From positions 1 to 64,000 of the forward strand of contig NW_026576843.1 of the NCBI RefSeq assembly GCF_028641065.1: a stretch of 64,000 nt of DNA, given 5' to 3'. The translations under genes and the position numbers were made by a program. The stretch is from Leucoraja erinacea (taxonomy: Eukaryota). Of this stretch, positions 15,570-28,058 are shown one piece after another; positions within the stretch are counted from its first letter, which is position 1, and the number at the start of each line of letters is the position of its first letter. Under the pieces are notes generated by a model. That model saw nothing but the letters and a program-made list of their open reading frames with translations. It ran no database searches and was not told where the DNA came from.

Positions 15570-15970
15570 AAGGGGGAGGTACAGCGAGACCTGGGTGTCC
15601 TTGTACACCGGTCACTGAAAGTTGGCATGCAGGTACAGCAGGCATTGAAGAAAGCTAATGGAATGTTGGCCTTCATAACAAGAGGATTTCAGTATGGTAC
15701 AGAGGTCCTTCTGCAGTTGTATAGTCCAGAACAAAGGGGTCACACAGTTTAAGAATAAGGAGTAAGCCATTTAGAACGGATGTGAGGAAACACTTTTTCA
15801 CACAGGGAGTTGTGAGTCTGTGGAATTATCTGCCTCAGTGGAGGCCGGTTCTCTGGATACTTTCAAGAGAGAGCTAGATAGGGCTCTTAAAGATAGCAGA
15901 GTCTGGGGATATGAGGAGAAGGCAGGATGGGGTACTGATTGTGGATGATCAGCCATGATCACATTGAATG
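15570..15970 (+). mobile_element. CR1 LINE fragments
   Basis: QRDLGVLVH.SLKV..QVQQA.KKANGMLAFI motif and 3' end. Confidence 0.8.
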
Positions 15971-16499
15971 TCTCTCCAGCTGCCAACAAGATCCAAGAGT
16001 CCTTTAAGGATGGACACAAATTACTGGAGTAACTCTGGCACGATCTCTGGAGGGAAGGAATGAGTGATATTTTGAAACCCTGCTCCTTAGGCCCAAGTCA
16101 TACCCCCATCTCTGGTTCCACGGGGATTTGAGTCCAGCCAAGTCCACCCTTTAGCTGTTCCAGAGCAGAGACAAAGCAATAGACAATAGGTGCAGGAGTA
16201 GGCCATTCGGCCCTTCGAACCAGCACTGCCATTCAGGAGACAGGAAGGAACGAGATTGAATGGGATCGAGAGAGTTTGCAGATAATTTACACAATTGGTT
16301 TGATTGAAATCTGCTTGCAGGGTAAGTGGTGCAAATTGCAACACTAACAAGGAGTGTTTACACCAGAAAACATCAGTTTAAGAATAAGGGGGAGGCCATT
16401 TAGGACTGAGATGAGGAAAAACATTTTCACCCAGAGAGTTGTGAATCTGTGGTATCAGCGAGTATGTAGACTAGAACTCATGCACACGTGAAAACTAGC

Positions 16500-17520
16500 G
16501 ATTACTAAACACATTTTAAACCTCCAGGCTTTAAAAATGTTAAAATTTATGAATATGTTTTGTGGTGATTTAAACGATTGAAATTTTAAAAAAAATCTTC
16601 AGAATTTGAAACTTCAGAATTAAAAGTGTTAAAACTAATTCATTATTTTTTTGGTGTTTTAAACAAATGAAATTATTTTTCTCCAAACTTCCGAATTTAA
16701 AATGTCACAACTAATGTCGACCGCGCTTTTGCGGTTGCAGCTCCCAGACTGTGGAACAGCATCCCTCCTCCCACCACAACTGCCCCCTCCATCGACTCCT
16801 TTAAAGTCAAGACATAAAACTCATAATAATAGTAATATTTTATTGTCATTGCACAACGAGATTAGGTTTGCAGCTTCCATCCGATAGTCATAACTTAAAC
16901 AGCTAATAAAATTTACATTTAGATACCCCGAGAAACATGATTTATAAAAAGAGCAGTAAAACAATAAAACAGTCAAAAGAGTCTAAGGTGCAAATGTGTC
17001 TGTGCCGGGTTGATGTGTGACGTGACCATCCGAGGGAGACAGTTCATGGGGTGGGGGGCACTCAGCCGGTCCGGTTCAGAGCAGCTTTCAAGCCTTTTTT
17101 GACTTCCTCTTTTTTTTGTTTTAAAGGAATGATCTTTTTGTTTCAAACTTCAGAATTTAAAAGTTCTGAATTTAAAATGCTAAAACTAATGACGTTTTTT
17201 TTTTTTTTTTTTTTAAACAAATGAATTTGTTTTTTTTCAAACTTCAGAATTTAAAATGTTAAAACCAGTGAAATAAAGCTTTTTGTTTTAAACAAATGCA
17301 TTTTAAACTTCAGAATTTCAAACTATTAAAATTTCAGAATTTACTTTAAAAGTTCAGAATTTAAAAATTCAGAATTTTCTTTTTAAGTTCAGAATTTAAA
17401 ATTTCAGAATTTTGTTTGAAACTTAGGAATCTTTAAAAATTCAGAATTTAATTAAAAAAATTTCAGGGTATTCGAAAAATAAAAACTTTGCAATTCTCAA
17501 AATATCCAGAATTCAAAATC
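16500..17520. repeat. AT-rich degenerate array of (AAAC)TTCAGAATTT, interrupted by an L2 3' fragment; also at ~35950-37130 and ~58080-59310
   Basis: More than 15 copies of ttcagaattt; L2-like DRAFAVAAPRLWNSIP at ~16718-16825. Confidence 0.75.
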
Positions 17521-17572
17521 ACACCTGCAAGAATGACTGCTAGTCACCACAGGCTCGGTGGGTTAATGTAAA

Positions 17573-20500
17573 ACTGCTTCTTATAGGATTCAGGCAGTGT
17601 AGACGCTGCTAAGCCTATTACTGCCCTCCACAGGTCAAAGTTTGAACTAAATTCTTACATACAGTCCTGTAACTTGCAGGAATTGAAGAACAGCCCTGGA
17701 TATCAGTTGATGATTCTCACTGTGTCCAAACAAAGATGAAACAGTAAAAGCCTCAACTCCAAGTCCTGTCAGTCTAACAAACAATACTTTTCTTTCTACC
17801 CTGTACTATTTACATTCTAGGAAAACATGCTTAACTGTCTCATTACTCCCACATTCACACAAGCCAGAAACATGTTTCCCTACAATGCACAAATACTCAT
17901 TTAACCCACAGTGTCCCAACCTCAATCTGCACAGTTTAACTGAGTCCCTACGGGACAGAGATGTACAGAAACATATTTTCCTAACTTCAGATTGTATAGA
18001 AAAGTAGTGTCTACCCCCGACTTCCATTTCCCATCCTCTCTGCCATTCTTTTGTTAAGCCCTCTTTAATTATTTCTCTCAGTTCCACTCTCCCCAATGAT
18101 ACATGGATATCTACTTCTCTTCTTAAACTCTCCTTTGCTATGAGGTCCACCTGCTCATTCCCCCTCACCCCAGCATGCCCGGGAACCCAGCAAAAAGTGA
18201 TGTTACATGCAAACCCAATTCTAGAAAACACACTCAAGATTTCATTTAGAATGTCAGGACGAGCTTTAGATTTCCCTACTCTTAAAGTTTCAAGAGCAGC
18301 TGCAGAATCAGAACAGATAATGACTTCTCTAAAACTGGCTTCCTCAATCCACCATAGAGCCCATTGAATTGCCATTAATTCAGTCGTGAGAACAGAGCTT
18401 CCATCAGAAATGTGCCGGCCAATCTTCAACCCAAGCTGCTCCACATACACTCCAAACCCAGCTCTCCCACTAACTGGATCTTTAGATCCATCTGTAAAAA
18501 CAATCAAAGTGCTCTCACTGATTGAATTAAGATATTCCACTATTTTTGGAGTTACCTCGCGCTTATATTTTTCCTGAAGAAAAGCAAGCTCAATAAACAG
18601 TTCAGGAAGAACCCAATAGGGCACAGGTAACCTTATTGTATGCTCTATAATACCCCCTTGTTCCAAACCCAGCTTCCTAGCCTGATTTATAATTTCAAAA
18701 AATGTGTTATATTTGTTACCATCATCAACCTCTTGCAACAAACACCTTGCTGGGAAGGTATCATTACACCCACAAAGTTTAGCCCAGTAATGTAGCCCTA
18801 GCTTAATGCACCTTAACCATAAGGGCATTTCTCCCATTCCAACAAAGGGCAGGGACTGGGGAAGTCCTGAAGGCTCCATAGCAAGGCCTCAAAGCCTTTG
18901 CCTGCAACACATCTAGCCCAGCCAGAACAGTTTTAGATGCAGACCCATACACAAAACACCCATAGTCAAGAGAAGATCTGATCATGGCCTGATAAATTAG
19001 CAGCATTGTCTCCCTGTTGCCCCCCCCCCACTCACACCCAACCAGACTTCTCATAACATTCAGAACTTTTTCACACTTCAACACAATTTTACCCACATGC
19101 ACAGCCCAAGTCATACGCTCTTCAAACCAAACACCCAAAAACTTAAAAACCTTTACCTTCTCCAATAGAGACCCATACATATACAGCCCTAACTTATGTA
19201 ACTTTCTTTTAAAACCAAATACCATATATTTAGTCTTAGAGGCAGAGATTTTAAAGCCCCATGTGTTCCCCCATTCCTCTACAGACACTAACACTCTTTA
19301 ACCATATAACCATATAACAATTACAGCACGGAAACAGGCCATCTCGGCCCTACAAGTCCGTGCCGAACAACTTTTTTTCCCCTTAGTCCCACCTGCCTGC
19401 ACTCATATCATAACCCTCCATTCCCTTCTCATCCATATGCCTATCCAATTTATTTTTAAATGATACCAACGAACCTGCCTCCACCACTTCCACTGGAAGC
19501 TCATTCCACACCGCTACCACTCTCCGAGTAAAGAAGTTCCCCCTCATGTTACCCCTAAACTTCTGTCCCTTAATTCTGAAGTCATGTCCTCTTGTTTGAA
19601 TCTGTTTTAAAACAAACTCTACATTATGACCTCTTTTCCAGATGGCCCCGTCATCTGCAAACAAAGACAGACCAAATCCTCTCTCTAATTTACAAAATAT
19701 GTCGTTTATCATGATATTAAATAAAACTGGACTGATAACACTTCCCTGCGGGGTTCCATTCTCTATTTCTAGTCTCTGAGCTGACACTTCCAACCATTAC
19801 TTGTATTGTTCTATTCAATAAAAAATCCTTAATCCAGTTGAACATTCGTCCCCCGACTCCCAAGTCAAAAATTTTAATCATTAATCCCTCCTTCCACAAA
19901 GAATCATATGCCTTCTCAATATCAAGGTATACACTCACTACTGTTTCCTTGCTTCTAAATGCCCTTTTAATATCCTGATCCAAAACTGATACATACTCCA
20001 TTGTAGACCTTCCATTCCTAAAGCCATTCTGTATATCAACAAATAGTCCTCTGGTTTCTAAAAAATAAACTAGTCTGTTGGTTACCATCCTCTCCATAAT
20101 TTTACAGAGCACTGCTGTGAGCGCTATAGGGCGATATGAACTAGGGTCAGATGCCTCTTTGCCCGGTTTTAAAATAGGGACCACGACTGCATGTTTCCAT
20201 TCCTTTGGTAAATAACCCTCTGCCCACACAGTATTAAACAAAGCTAAGATTTCATCAAGTACAGTATCATCCAGATGTTTAAATAACTCATACGACAACC
20301 TATCTCTCCCCGGGGTGGTATTTGCCCCAGACATAATTGCATCCTTCAACTCTTTTATGGTAAAAAACAGATTAAAGGTATTATCATTTACTAAACTCCT
20401 CTCCAGCTTCCACTGATTAACTGCCATCAGCTCAGTTCTCTTTCTACACCTCTCCACTCCCATGCTCTCTGATCTATGCACTGCTTGAAAACTGTCAACA

Positions 20501-20720
20501 CACATGTCTGCTTTTTCCTTATTGGAGACTGCTACCACCTCACCCTTCTGCAACACTGGTAACAAACTTCTTTGATATACTCCTGACATTCTACGCACAG
20601 CTGACCACAAATGCCTTACTGGAGATTCCGGGCCTAGTGTACCACAAAACTTCCTCCAACTATTCCTCTTTGCATCCTTTACAACTCGTCTTGCTACTGC
20701 CCTTAGCCACTTGAATGTAA
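17573..20720 (-). mobile_element. Nimb/I-group non-LTR retrotransposon ORF2 (RT, RNase H, CCHC finger), 5'-truncated and inactivated
   Basis: RT motifs SYRPIALT, QNGFR, LDIEKAYD, GTPQGSVISPVLF, LFADD. RNase H FTDGSK, ICSDS, WVPGHAGVRGNEQVD. C-terminal CECG...HVFLEC. Frameshifts and an internal stop. Confidence 0.9.
19300..19594 (-). mobile_element. CR1 3'-end insertion in the Nimb RT (units A and C only)
   Basis: TRGHDFRIKG...FFTRRVVAVWNELP with tail aaccatataaccatata; absent from unit B (actctttgaatc at ~38713); also at 61096-61390. Confidence 0.85.
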
Positions 20721-21021
20721 ACCTTCAAGACCCCCCCCCCCCCTAATAAAGTCCCTTCAAATAAAAAAATTACCTTCAAATGAAACCTCAGAACCCTTAA
20801 CAACTTCCAGAATAGGCTGGAACAAATTGCAACACAAACAACACTGAACATCCCACCATCTTCCTTACCAGCATTGCAGACCTGAGATCTCACCTCTCAC
20901 TGTGTGTGAGTGGGTGTGTGTTAGTGAGTGTTAACCCAGATGCATTCACTCTCATTAACTACAGCCACTCCCACACACTTACTATGGGAGTGCAACAGTT
21001 TCTTAAAGTGGTCCTCATTTG

Positions 21022-21545
21022 CTTTCCAGGTGAGGCAGAGGTTCACCTGCACCTCCCCCAACCTCATCTATTGCATCCGCTGCTCTAGGTGTCAGCTGCT
21101 CGACATCAGTGAGACCAAGCGCAGGCTTGGCGATCGTTTCACCCAACACCTCCGCTCGGTTCTATCGCAATAACCAACCTGATCTCCCGGTGGTTCAGCG
21201 CTTGAACTCCCCTCCCATTCCCAATCCGACCTTTCTGTCCTGGGCCTCCTACATGGCCACAGTGAGTCCCATTGCAAATTGGAGGAGCAGCACCTCATAT
21301 TTCCCTTGGGTAGTTTACACCCCAGCGGTATGAACATTGACTTCTCCAATTTCAGGTAGTCCCTGCTTTCTCCCTCCTTCCCCTCTCCTTCCCAGCTCTC
21401 CCACAGCCCACTGTCTCCGCTTCTTCTTTTCTTCTTCCCCCACCCCCCACATCAGTCTGGAGAAGGGTCTCGACCCGAAACGTCACCTATTCCTTCCTTC
21501 CATAGATGCTGCCTCACCCGCTGAGTTTCTCCAGCATTTTTCCAG
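21022..21545 (+). mobile_element. Penelope-like element 3' end (GIY-YIG, frameshifted)
   Basis: QRFTCTSPNLIYCIRCSRC...ETKRRLGDRFTQHLRSV. Confidence 0.85.
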
Positions 21546-21564
21546 CCTAACTCATTTCCTTTGA

Positions 21565-21772
21565 TGTAGGGAGGAACTGCAGATGCTGGTTTACACCGAA
21601 GATGGACACAAAATGCTGGAGTAACTCAGCGGGACGGGCAGCATCTCTGGAGAGAAGGAATGGTTGACGTTTCGGGTCGAGACCCTTCTTCAGACTGTGA
21701 AACGTCACCCATTCCTTCTCCCCATAGATGCTGCCTGTCCCGCTGAGTTACTCCGACATTTTGTGACTATCC
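21565..21772. mobile_element. Palindromic Penelope-derived element with an intact hammerhead ribozyme core (minus strand, 21666-21693)
   Basis: Arms ~21605-21672 and ~21699-21770 are reverse complements; the loop contains CTGAAGA-A-GGGTC-TC-GACCC-GAAAC-GTC. Confidence 0.75.
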
Positions 21773-21819
21773 TTTGATGTGGAGTTGATTTGTGGTTTAA
21801 AACATCGTGTATATATGAA

Positions 21820-22100
21820 GGCATTGCTGCCTCACAGCGCCAGAATCCCGGGTTCGATCCTGACCACGGGTGCTGTCTATGTGGAGTTCGTACGTCCTCC
21901 CTGTGAGTTTTCACGTGGGGTTGCTCCGGATGCTCCGGTTTCCTCCCACGTTCCAAAGACGTGTAGCTTTATAGGTTAAAAATGGCTCGGTAAAGTTTTA
22001 AATTGTCCAGTGTGTGTGTAGGATAGTGTTAGTATGTGGGGTCAGCATTAACTCAGTGGGCCGAAGGGCCTGATTCTGCACTGTATCTCTAAACTAAACT
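21820..22100 (+). mobile_element. V-SINE (HE1-like)
   Basis: B box ggttcgatcc, V-domain, 3' tail ggccgaagggcctg..ctgtatctctaaactaaact. Confidence 0.85.
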
Positions 22101-23078
22101 ACTAAAGTATATAGTTTTAGTTTTGCCAATGGGTTTAGCATTTGTATTGTCATTGTTTGCACTNNNNNNNNNNNNNNNNNNNNNNNNNNNNNNNNNNNNN
22201 NNNNNNNNNNNNNNNNNNNNNNNNNNNNNNNNNNNNNNNNNNNNNNNNNNNNNNNNNNNNNNNNNNNNNNNNNNNNNNNNNNNNNNNNNNNNNNNNNNNN
22301 NNNNNNNNNNNNNNNNNNNNNNNNNNNNNNNNNNNNNNNNNNNNNNNNNNNNNNNNNNNNNNNNNNNNNNNNNNNNNNNNNNNNNNNNNNNNNNNNNNNN
22401 NNNNNNNNNNNNNNNNNNNNNNNNNNNNNNNNNNNNNNNNNNNNNNNNNNNNNNNNNNNNNNNNNNNNNNNNNNNNNNNNNNNNNNNNNNNNNNNNNNNN
22501 NNNNNNNNCAGCATTTTGTGTCTATCTCCGGTTTAAACCAGCATCTGCAGTTCCTTCCCGACGAACGTTTCTCCATTGCAGTTAGTGGGCCGTTGTTTTT
22601 TGCAAGTAGCTGTTGTAAATGTGTCAGCTCGGCTGAGTAAATATTAAGCACATCAGTTGGTTTAGTAATCACACAGCTGGTCCTAGTGTTTACGACCTCA
22701 GAGAGAGACTCAAGGTGGTGTCCTGGAATTAAGAAGTTTGTTAGTTTTACTCCCGTGTCTGAGTGTTATTAAAAGTCAGTTCCAAGTATCAAATACACAA
22801 CAGTATTTCTGTTCCTTTGCCGGACGCGGTTAACGCATTAAAATGAACAGATCGACAGACAGACAGACAGCTCTGATTTCAGTTGCTGTTTATTTCACTC
22901 TTCCCACATTTACATCCCCCCCTGGTTTTATTTCCGCGCTCACTGGGGTTTGTTTCACGACGAGGAATTTGGGGATTAAATGGGAGCTGTTTGTTCAGCG
23001 CCGACCTGTTGTCCACCGGGTTTCTGCCCCACAGCCCCTGAGTCCCGCTCCTGACGCCGGGCCCGGGACCCGACCCTT

Positions 23079-26000
23079 TTACACACCCGGAGTGGAACCG
23101 GAGCAGATTCTCAGCCACTGGTTTTTATCACAAGGCCAGAAGAGAGGATAAAGTTTCTCCGTGAATTTATTCCCAGTGAAGGTGTGGAGATGGGACTTGG
23201 TGTCCGCGTCGTAAAATGAAACTGTCCCGGACTCGTAACTGAGATAAACTCCCACCCTCCCGGGGATGGGACGGGCGGGGAGATGGGATGGAGGGGAGGT
23301 GAATGCATCAAACTTGTCACCATTCCGCCTGATGCTCCAGACTCCAGTCTCCGGGGTCAGTGTGACCTCTCTCTTCCTCTCCACAGACTCTGCGGCGACT
23401 CCCAGACTCCAGCGCCGACTCCCCGCCATCTCCACCTCCCAGTAATGTCTCCCCGATGTGAATCCCTCCGATCCCAGCACACACTCCAAGTATGTAAACC
23501 TCTTCCCGGTGTCAGGGAGACTCCTCCAGGTCCCGGTCGCTCTCACCGTCTTCCGATCCTCAGACACCTCGAGTCGCGCATGCGCTGTTTCCACATCCAG
23601 GGTGACGGAGACTGGGGGGAGAAGCAGAGAATCAGAGAGTCCCCGGGGGTCGGGGGGAGACTCGGGCACAGGCGGGCGGACAACTGGCACCTTGCCCGGG
23701 GTTTCACCCCAACCACATCCGATGGACAACAGACATCATTCCGGGAGTTTGTCAACCGGGCAGGAGAGGGGGGATTCCGTGGGTTCTCAGGAACGGGAGG
23801 GGTCGGGGGCGTGCGGTCGAGGAAAACAAATCCGTAAAATGAGGATGAACGAGAGATTGCGGGTGAAGATGGAGAAATGGCGGGTATTCAAATATCTTGC
23901 CAGTAGATGGCGAGGGAGAGGCAGATTGGAAGATGAGGAGACGGATGTGAGTGGTAATTAGAGGTGGTTAAAGAGGATGTAGGGATGTGGGGTGGAGTTG
24001 CCGTGATCATATTGAACGGGAGTGGACTGGACAGGCGAGGCCATCTGCTACTGTTTACTTGCTTTCTCTAGTGGAGCGTGGATTTGATGCGTCTGTACAA
24101 CCAAGAACACTCTGATCTCATTGTGAAACAATATATGAACTTCACTGGGGGACTTGACAACGTTTTGCATGTAAGATTTCCAGAATTCGAATGCAGGTGG
24201 GATCCAAGACGAGTTGGTAAAATGGACCCACAATTGGCTTGGTGGTTGGAGGTAGAAGGATGATTTTGCTGCATGGAGGTCTGGGACTGGTGGTGTGCAG
24301 CAGAGATCGGTGCTGCAACCTTTGCTGTTTATTTTATATTTTCATGGGTTGGATATGAATGTAGGAGGTGTTTGTGGAGAACATGTAATGTTGTGGATAC
24401 CAAAGAAGTCTGTCAAAGTCTGCAGCAGGATTTGGCTCGATCAGCGAAATCTTATTGTCATGCAGGTATATCAATGCTGGAGGACAGTTTTCTTCACACA
24501 AGGAGTTGCTAATACCTGGAATATTTTGCCAGAGGAGGTGGTGGAATCAGATGTAATCACTACATGTAAGAGGCATCGCGATTTAACAAACGAGGTGTAG
24601 AATAATATGGTTCTAATGTGGGCAAATGGGATTTGTGTGGCTGGGAAAAAAGGTGGACAAGAATGTGATGGGCTGAAGGGCCTGACTCTGTAATGTACAA
24701 CCATGGCTCTCTGGCTCCAAGAGCACGGAATGACTGATTATACACAGCTATCGGTGCAGGGAATTCCAAAGGTTGCCCAGGCTCTGCATGCAGTAATATC
24801 TCCTTGTCTCTGTCCTAAATGGTTCAGCCCACATTCTGAGAGGGTTTCCGTTGACTCCAGACCCCTCAGACACGGGAAACATTCTCCCTGCATCCAGCCC
24901 ACTGAGCCCTGTAAGGACTTTCACTGAGATCTACTGTAATATACTTGAACTTGAACTCTCGAGTACACAGGCCTAGTCTATGCAATTTCACCCTGCACAA
25001 CAGACCCATTCTCCCAGGAGCAAGGATTTGTTCAAGTGCAAACAAACTTCACTCTCCGTCTCTGTGATGCTTCCCCCAGAGCCATTAATACCATGAATCT
25101 TCACATATAAATATTGCATAAAGATGTCTTGAAAGAGACCAATGGAAAAGGTATTAGTTTTACCTCGTTTGACGAGATCAGATGTTTCTCTCAATGGCAT
25201 GTTGTAGAAAAAGGTGCGATCATAGTTTTCAATGGGCAACGCGCCAACTACCACCGACATTGTATTGGATTCATCACTAACCCTGCAAATATTTAACAGC
25301 TGGTTAGAAACTGAGCATTAGCTGTTTTGAGCTGTAGTATAAAAACATACATTGTTTCAGTCAAAAGCATGTCCTACCTCCTCTTGTGACCAGCTTCCTC
25401 CTGAAATAAATAAAACACAAATCTCAATAGACTGAGATGGATCATGATCCTGACAGCGGGCATTTCACCAAATTGCTACAAAAAAACCTCTGGTAATTCC
25501 CATTTCCCAACTCTTTGCCGCTGTCACACAGACAGAAAGTGGATATTGTCGTAGAGACATCGAACACGGGGGAAAGCATTAGGAATGTGGATGAAAATAA
25601 CTGCGAGTATGCAACTTACGAGTAAGACTGGGCAGGACGTGGGATTTTATCTGGAGAAGGTGTCAGAGATAATGGGATGGAATATTTTAAGATCAGCGGC
25701 GGATTTAAATGGGTGGAGGTTGGAAATATTATCACTACTTGTGGGGAAAAGAGAGATAATGCCTGGAATGTGTGATGGCCTGTAATAAATTCCACAAGAA
25801 ATGCTGTAAACAGAATGTGGAACTAACAGGGTGGCCTGAAGACAATATTGCAGATAAATTGAATTTGAAGTGGGATAAATACACAAGGACTCCTGGAATT
25901 TGGGGCATTATTGTCGGATGTGGTGAGTAGATGGAGCAGATGGAACATTGACCCAGTACTGAATTACTGGTCAATGCAGCATTTATTTCAGGAATTTAAC

Positions 26001-27775
26001 CCACCACTTTGAGACTATGCACTTCCACTTCACCAAACTGTAGTGTAACCACTCACCTTCAAAAATATCACGCCGTCCTTGTGGTCTATCTGTTCCTGTA
26101 ACTTTGAGAGTTCCTCCTGAATGGAATTTAAATTCTTTTGTATCTCTTGAAGATTTTTCTCCATTGTTTTTACAATCTTCGCCTCATCTTCCCGGATATC
26201 TCCGAGTGCGCGCTGCTCTTTCTCAGTGAGAATCTGGTGCAGTTCAGCAAACTGGGATGTGGTCTGTGACTGAAGGTTGTATGACTCTTCCTGTCAGATG
26301 AAAGATGAGAATCAATATATTATGACACTCTGCTGTGTTTCTTCATGACATGGAAGGTGACATTTGGCAACTGAATCTCTAGTCCTGAAGTGCAGAAATA
26401 GTCCCTTCGGCCCAACATGTCTATGCTGGGCTCTGTACGTATCTACATTAATCCCATTTACCTGTATTTAATCCGTAGTTTTCATTACCTTGGCAATTCA
26501 AGGGCTCGTCTTGATAATTCTGAAATATTTGATGAAAGTTATGTACAAGCACATCATTCCCATTTCCCCAGTACAATTCCCTGCAACCTATTCCATTTCA
26601 CGTGTCCATTGACACTCACTGGACAGAACCAGGTCCCGAGAACTAGCAGACAGCAGCAACACTTAGAATGACAGACCTCATAGAGTCATAGAGCAAAGGG
26701 GGTTAGATACCGACCAACACGTCCCATCTGCGCTGTTTCCACTTGTCCGCATTTGGTCACCTGGTGCTAAAATCTTCTCTCCACGAATTTGTTCAAATAT
26801 CTTTTAAATATTGTTATAATACCTGAATCAACAACCTCCCCTGGCAGCTCGTTCCATATACCCACGATCAAAGTTGCCCTTAATGTTCATATTAAATCTG
26901 TACCCTCTCACCTTAATGCTATGCCCTCGCATGCTCGACGCCCCACTCAGGGTAAAAGACTGAGTATTCACCCTGACATTTTGTTTCGTGATATTATACA
27001 CCTGCAATAGATCATTCTTCAGACTCCTGCGCTCCAGTGAGTAAAGTCCTTGGCTGCCCAACCGCTCCCAAGATCTCGTGTCCTCGACTACTGAGCTCTA
27101 TAGAGGTGCCCATTATTACAGGCATCACAGGGATCAATTACTACACAAAATAATGAAATCGATAGTACAAAGCCTCACCCGAACTCCAGAAATCCTCTCT
27201 TTCTGTTTATGCTCCATTTTCTCGATCGCTAATTTCTTTTCTGTGAGAGATTTGAAAGAAGATTTCACCTGTTCCTGGGGTTGGGTTTCAGATCAGAGAA
27301 TAAAAATGTCAGAAAAAAAAAAAAAGATTACACAATGAAGTGATCAGAATCGGTTTTGTTTTACCTTGTAGATTTCAACAGCTTCTTCTACCGGCATGAA
27401 GCTGTGAGTCTTGTGTTCCCGCCCAGCTGCACAAATCGCACAGATCAGTTTCTTGTCCGTTTCACAAAACAGCTTCAGTTCTTCCTGATGTTCCTCGCAG
27501 TGAAGTTTACTTTCCTTCTCTTTGAGATTCGGGCTCAGTGTTCGAGCTTTCTCAGACAGTCTAACCAAGGCCCGATTCACCCTGAGGGTGCGGTCTGTAA
27601 ACACCGCTCTACATTCCGGGCAGGAGTTTCTCGCCTTGCTGTCCCAACTCTGTGTGATGCAGGAGCGGCAGAAGTTGTGCCCACACTCCAGTATCACCGG
27701 ATCGGTGAAGAAATCCAGGCAGATGGGACAAACTGCCTCCTCGGTCCAACTCTCGACCTGGTGTTTCGAAGCCAT
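23079..27775 (-). CDS. TRIM E3 ligase copy 2 (RING, B-box, coiled-coil, B30.2), intact, 471 aa
   Basis: Exons 27775-27365 (411 nt), 27274-27179 (96), 26290-26057 (234), 25400-25378 (23), 25282-25164 (119), 23611-23079 (533); GT-AG boundaries, no stops. Confidence 0.95.
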
Positions 27776-27846
27776 TTTATCTCCACTTCCTGGATCAAAG
27801 TATTTTCTGTGACGTGGAGCTGCTGAATATGGGCGGTCACGTGACT

Positions 27847-28052
27847 GTCACGGTGGCGCAGCAGTAGATTTGCTGCCTTACAGCGAATGCAGCCCCAGAG
27901 ACCCGGGTTCGATCCTGACTACGGGTGCTGTCTGTACGGAGTTTGCATGTTTTCTCCGTGATCTCATGGGTATTCTCGGAGATCTTCGGTTTCGTCCCAC
28001 ACTCCAAGGCTTGATAAATGTAAACAATTGTCTTGGTAAATGTAAAAAATAT
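27847..28052 (+). mobile_element. V-SINE (HE1-like)
   Basis: Paralog of 12990-13192. Confidence 0.85.
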
Positions 28053-28058
28053 CCCTAA

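Larger units (their letters stand above)
6997..22709. repeat. Segmental duplication unit A
   Basis: Colinear, high-identity match to 22705-42322 and 45417-64000. Confidence 0.9.

Noticed and set aside
16500-17520. TTCAGAA array as STAT/GAS or heat-shock elements
   Set aside because: Spacing is TTC-N1-GAA, not the N3/N4 of GAS or the N2 of HSE.
17540-17566. piggyBac-like terminus GGG|TTAA bounding the TTCAGAATTT array
   Set aside because: No matching opposite TIR or TTAA found; insufficient support.
17806-18879. Long open RNase H ORFs (357 aa here, 249 aa in unit C) as a domesticated gene partnered with each TRIM
   Set aside because: They are part of a frameshifted Nimb ORF2 with a shared premature stop. 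Unit B's copy is further broken. Co-occurrence is explained by segmental duplication.
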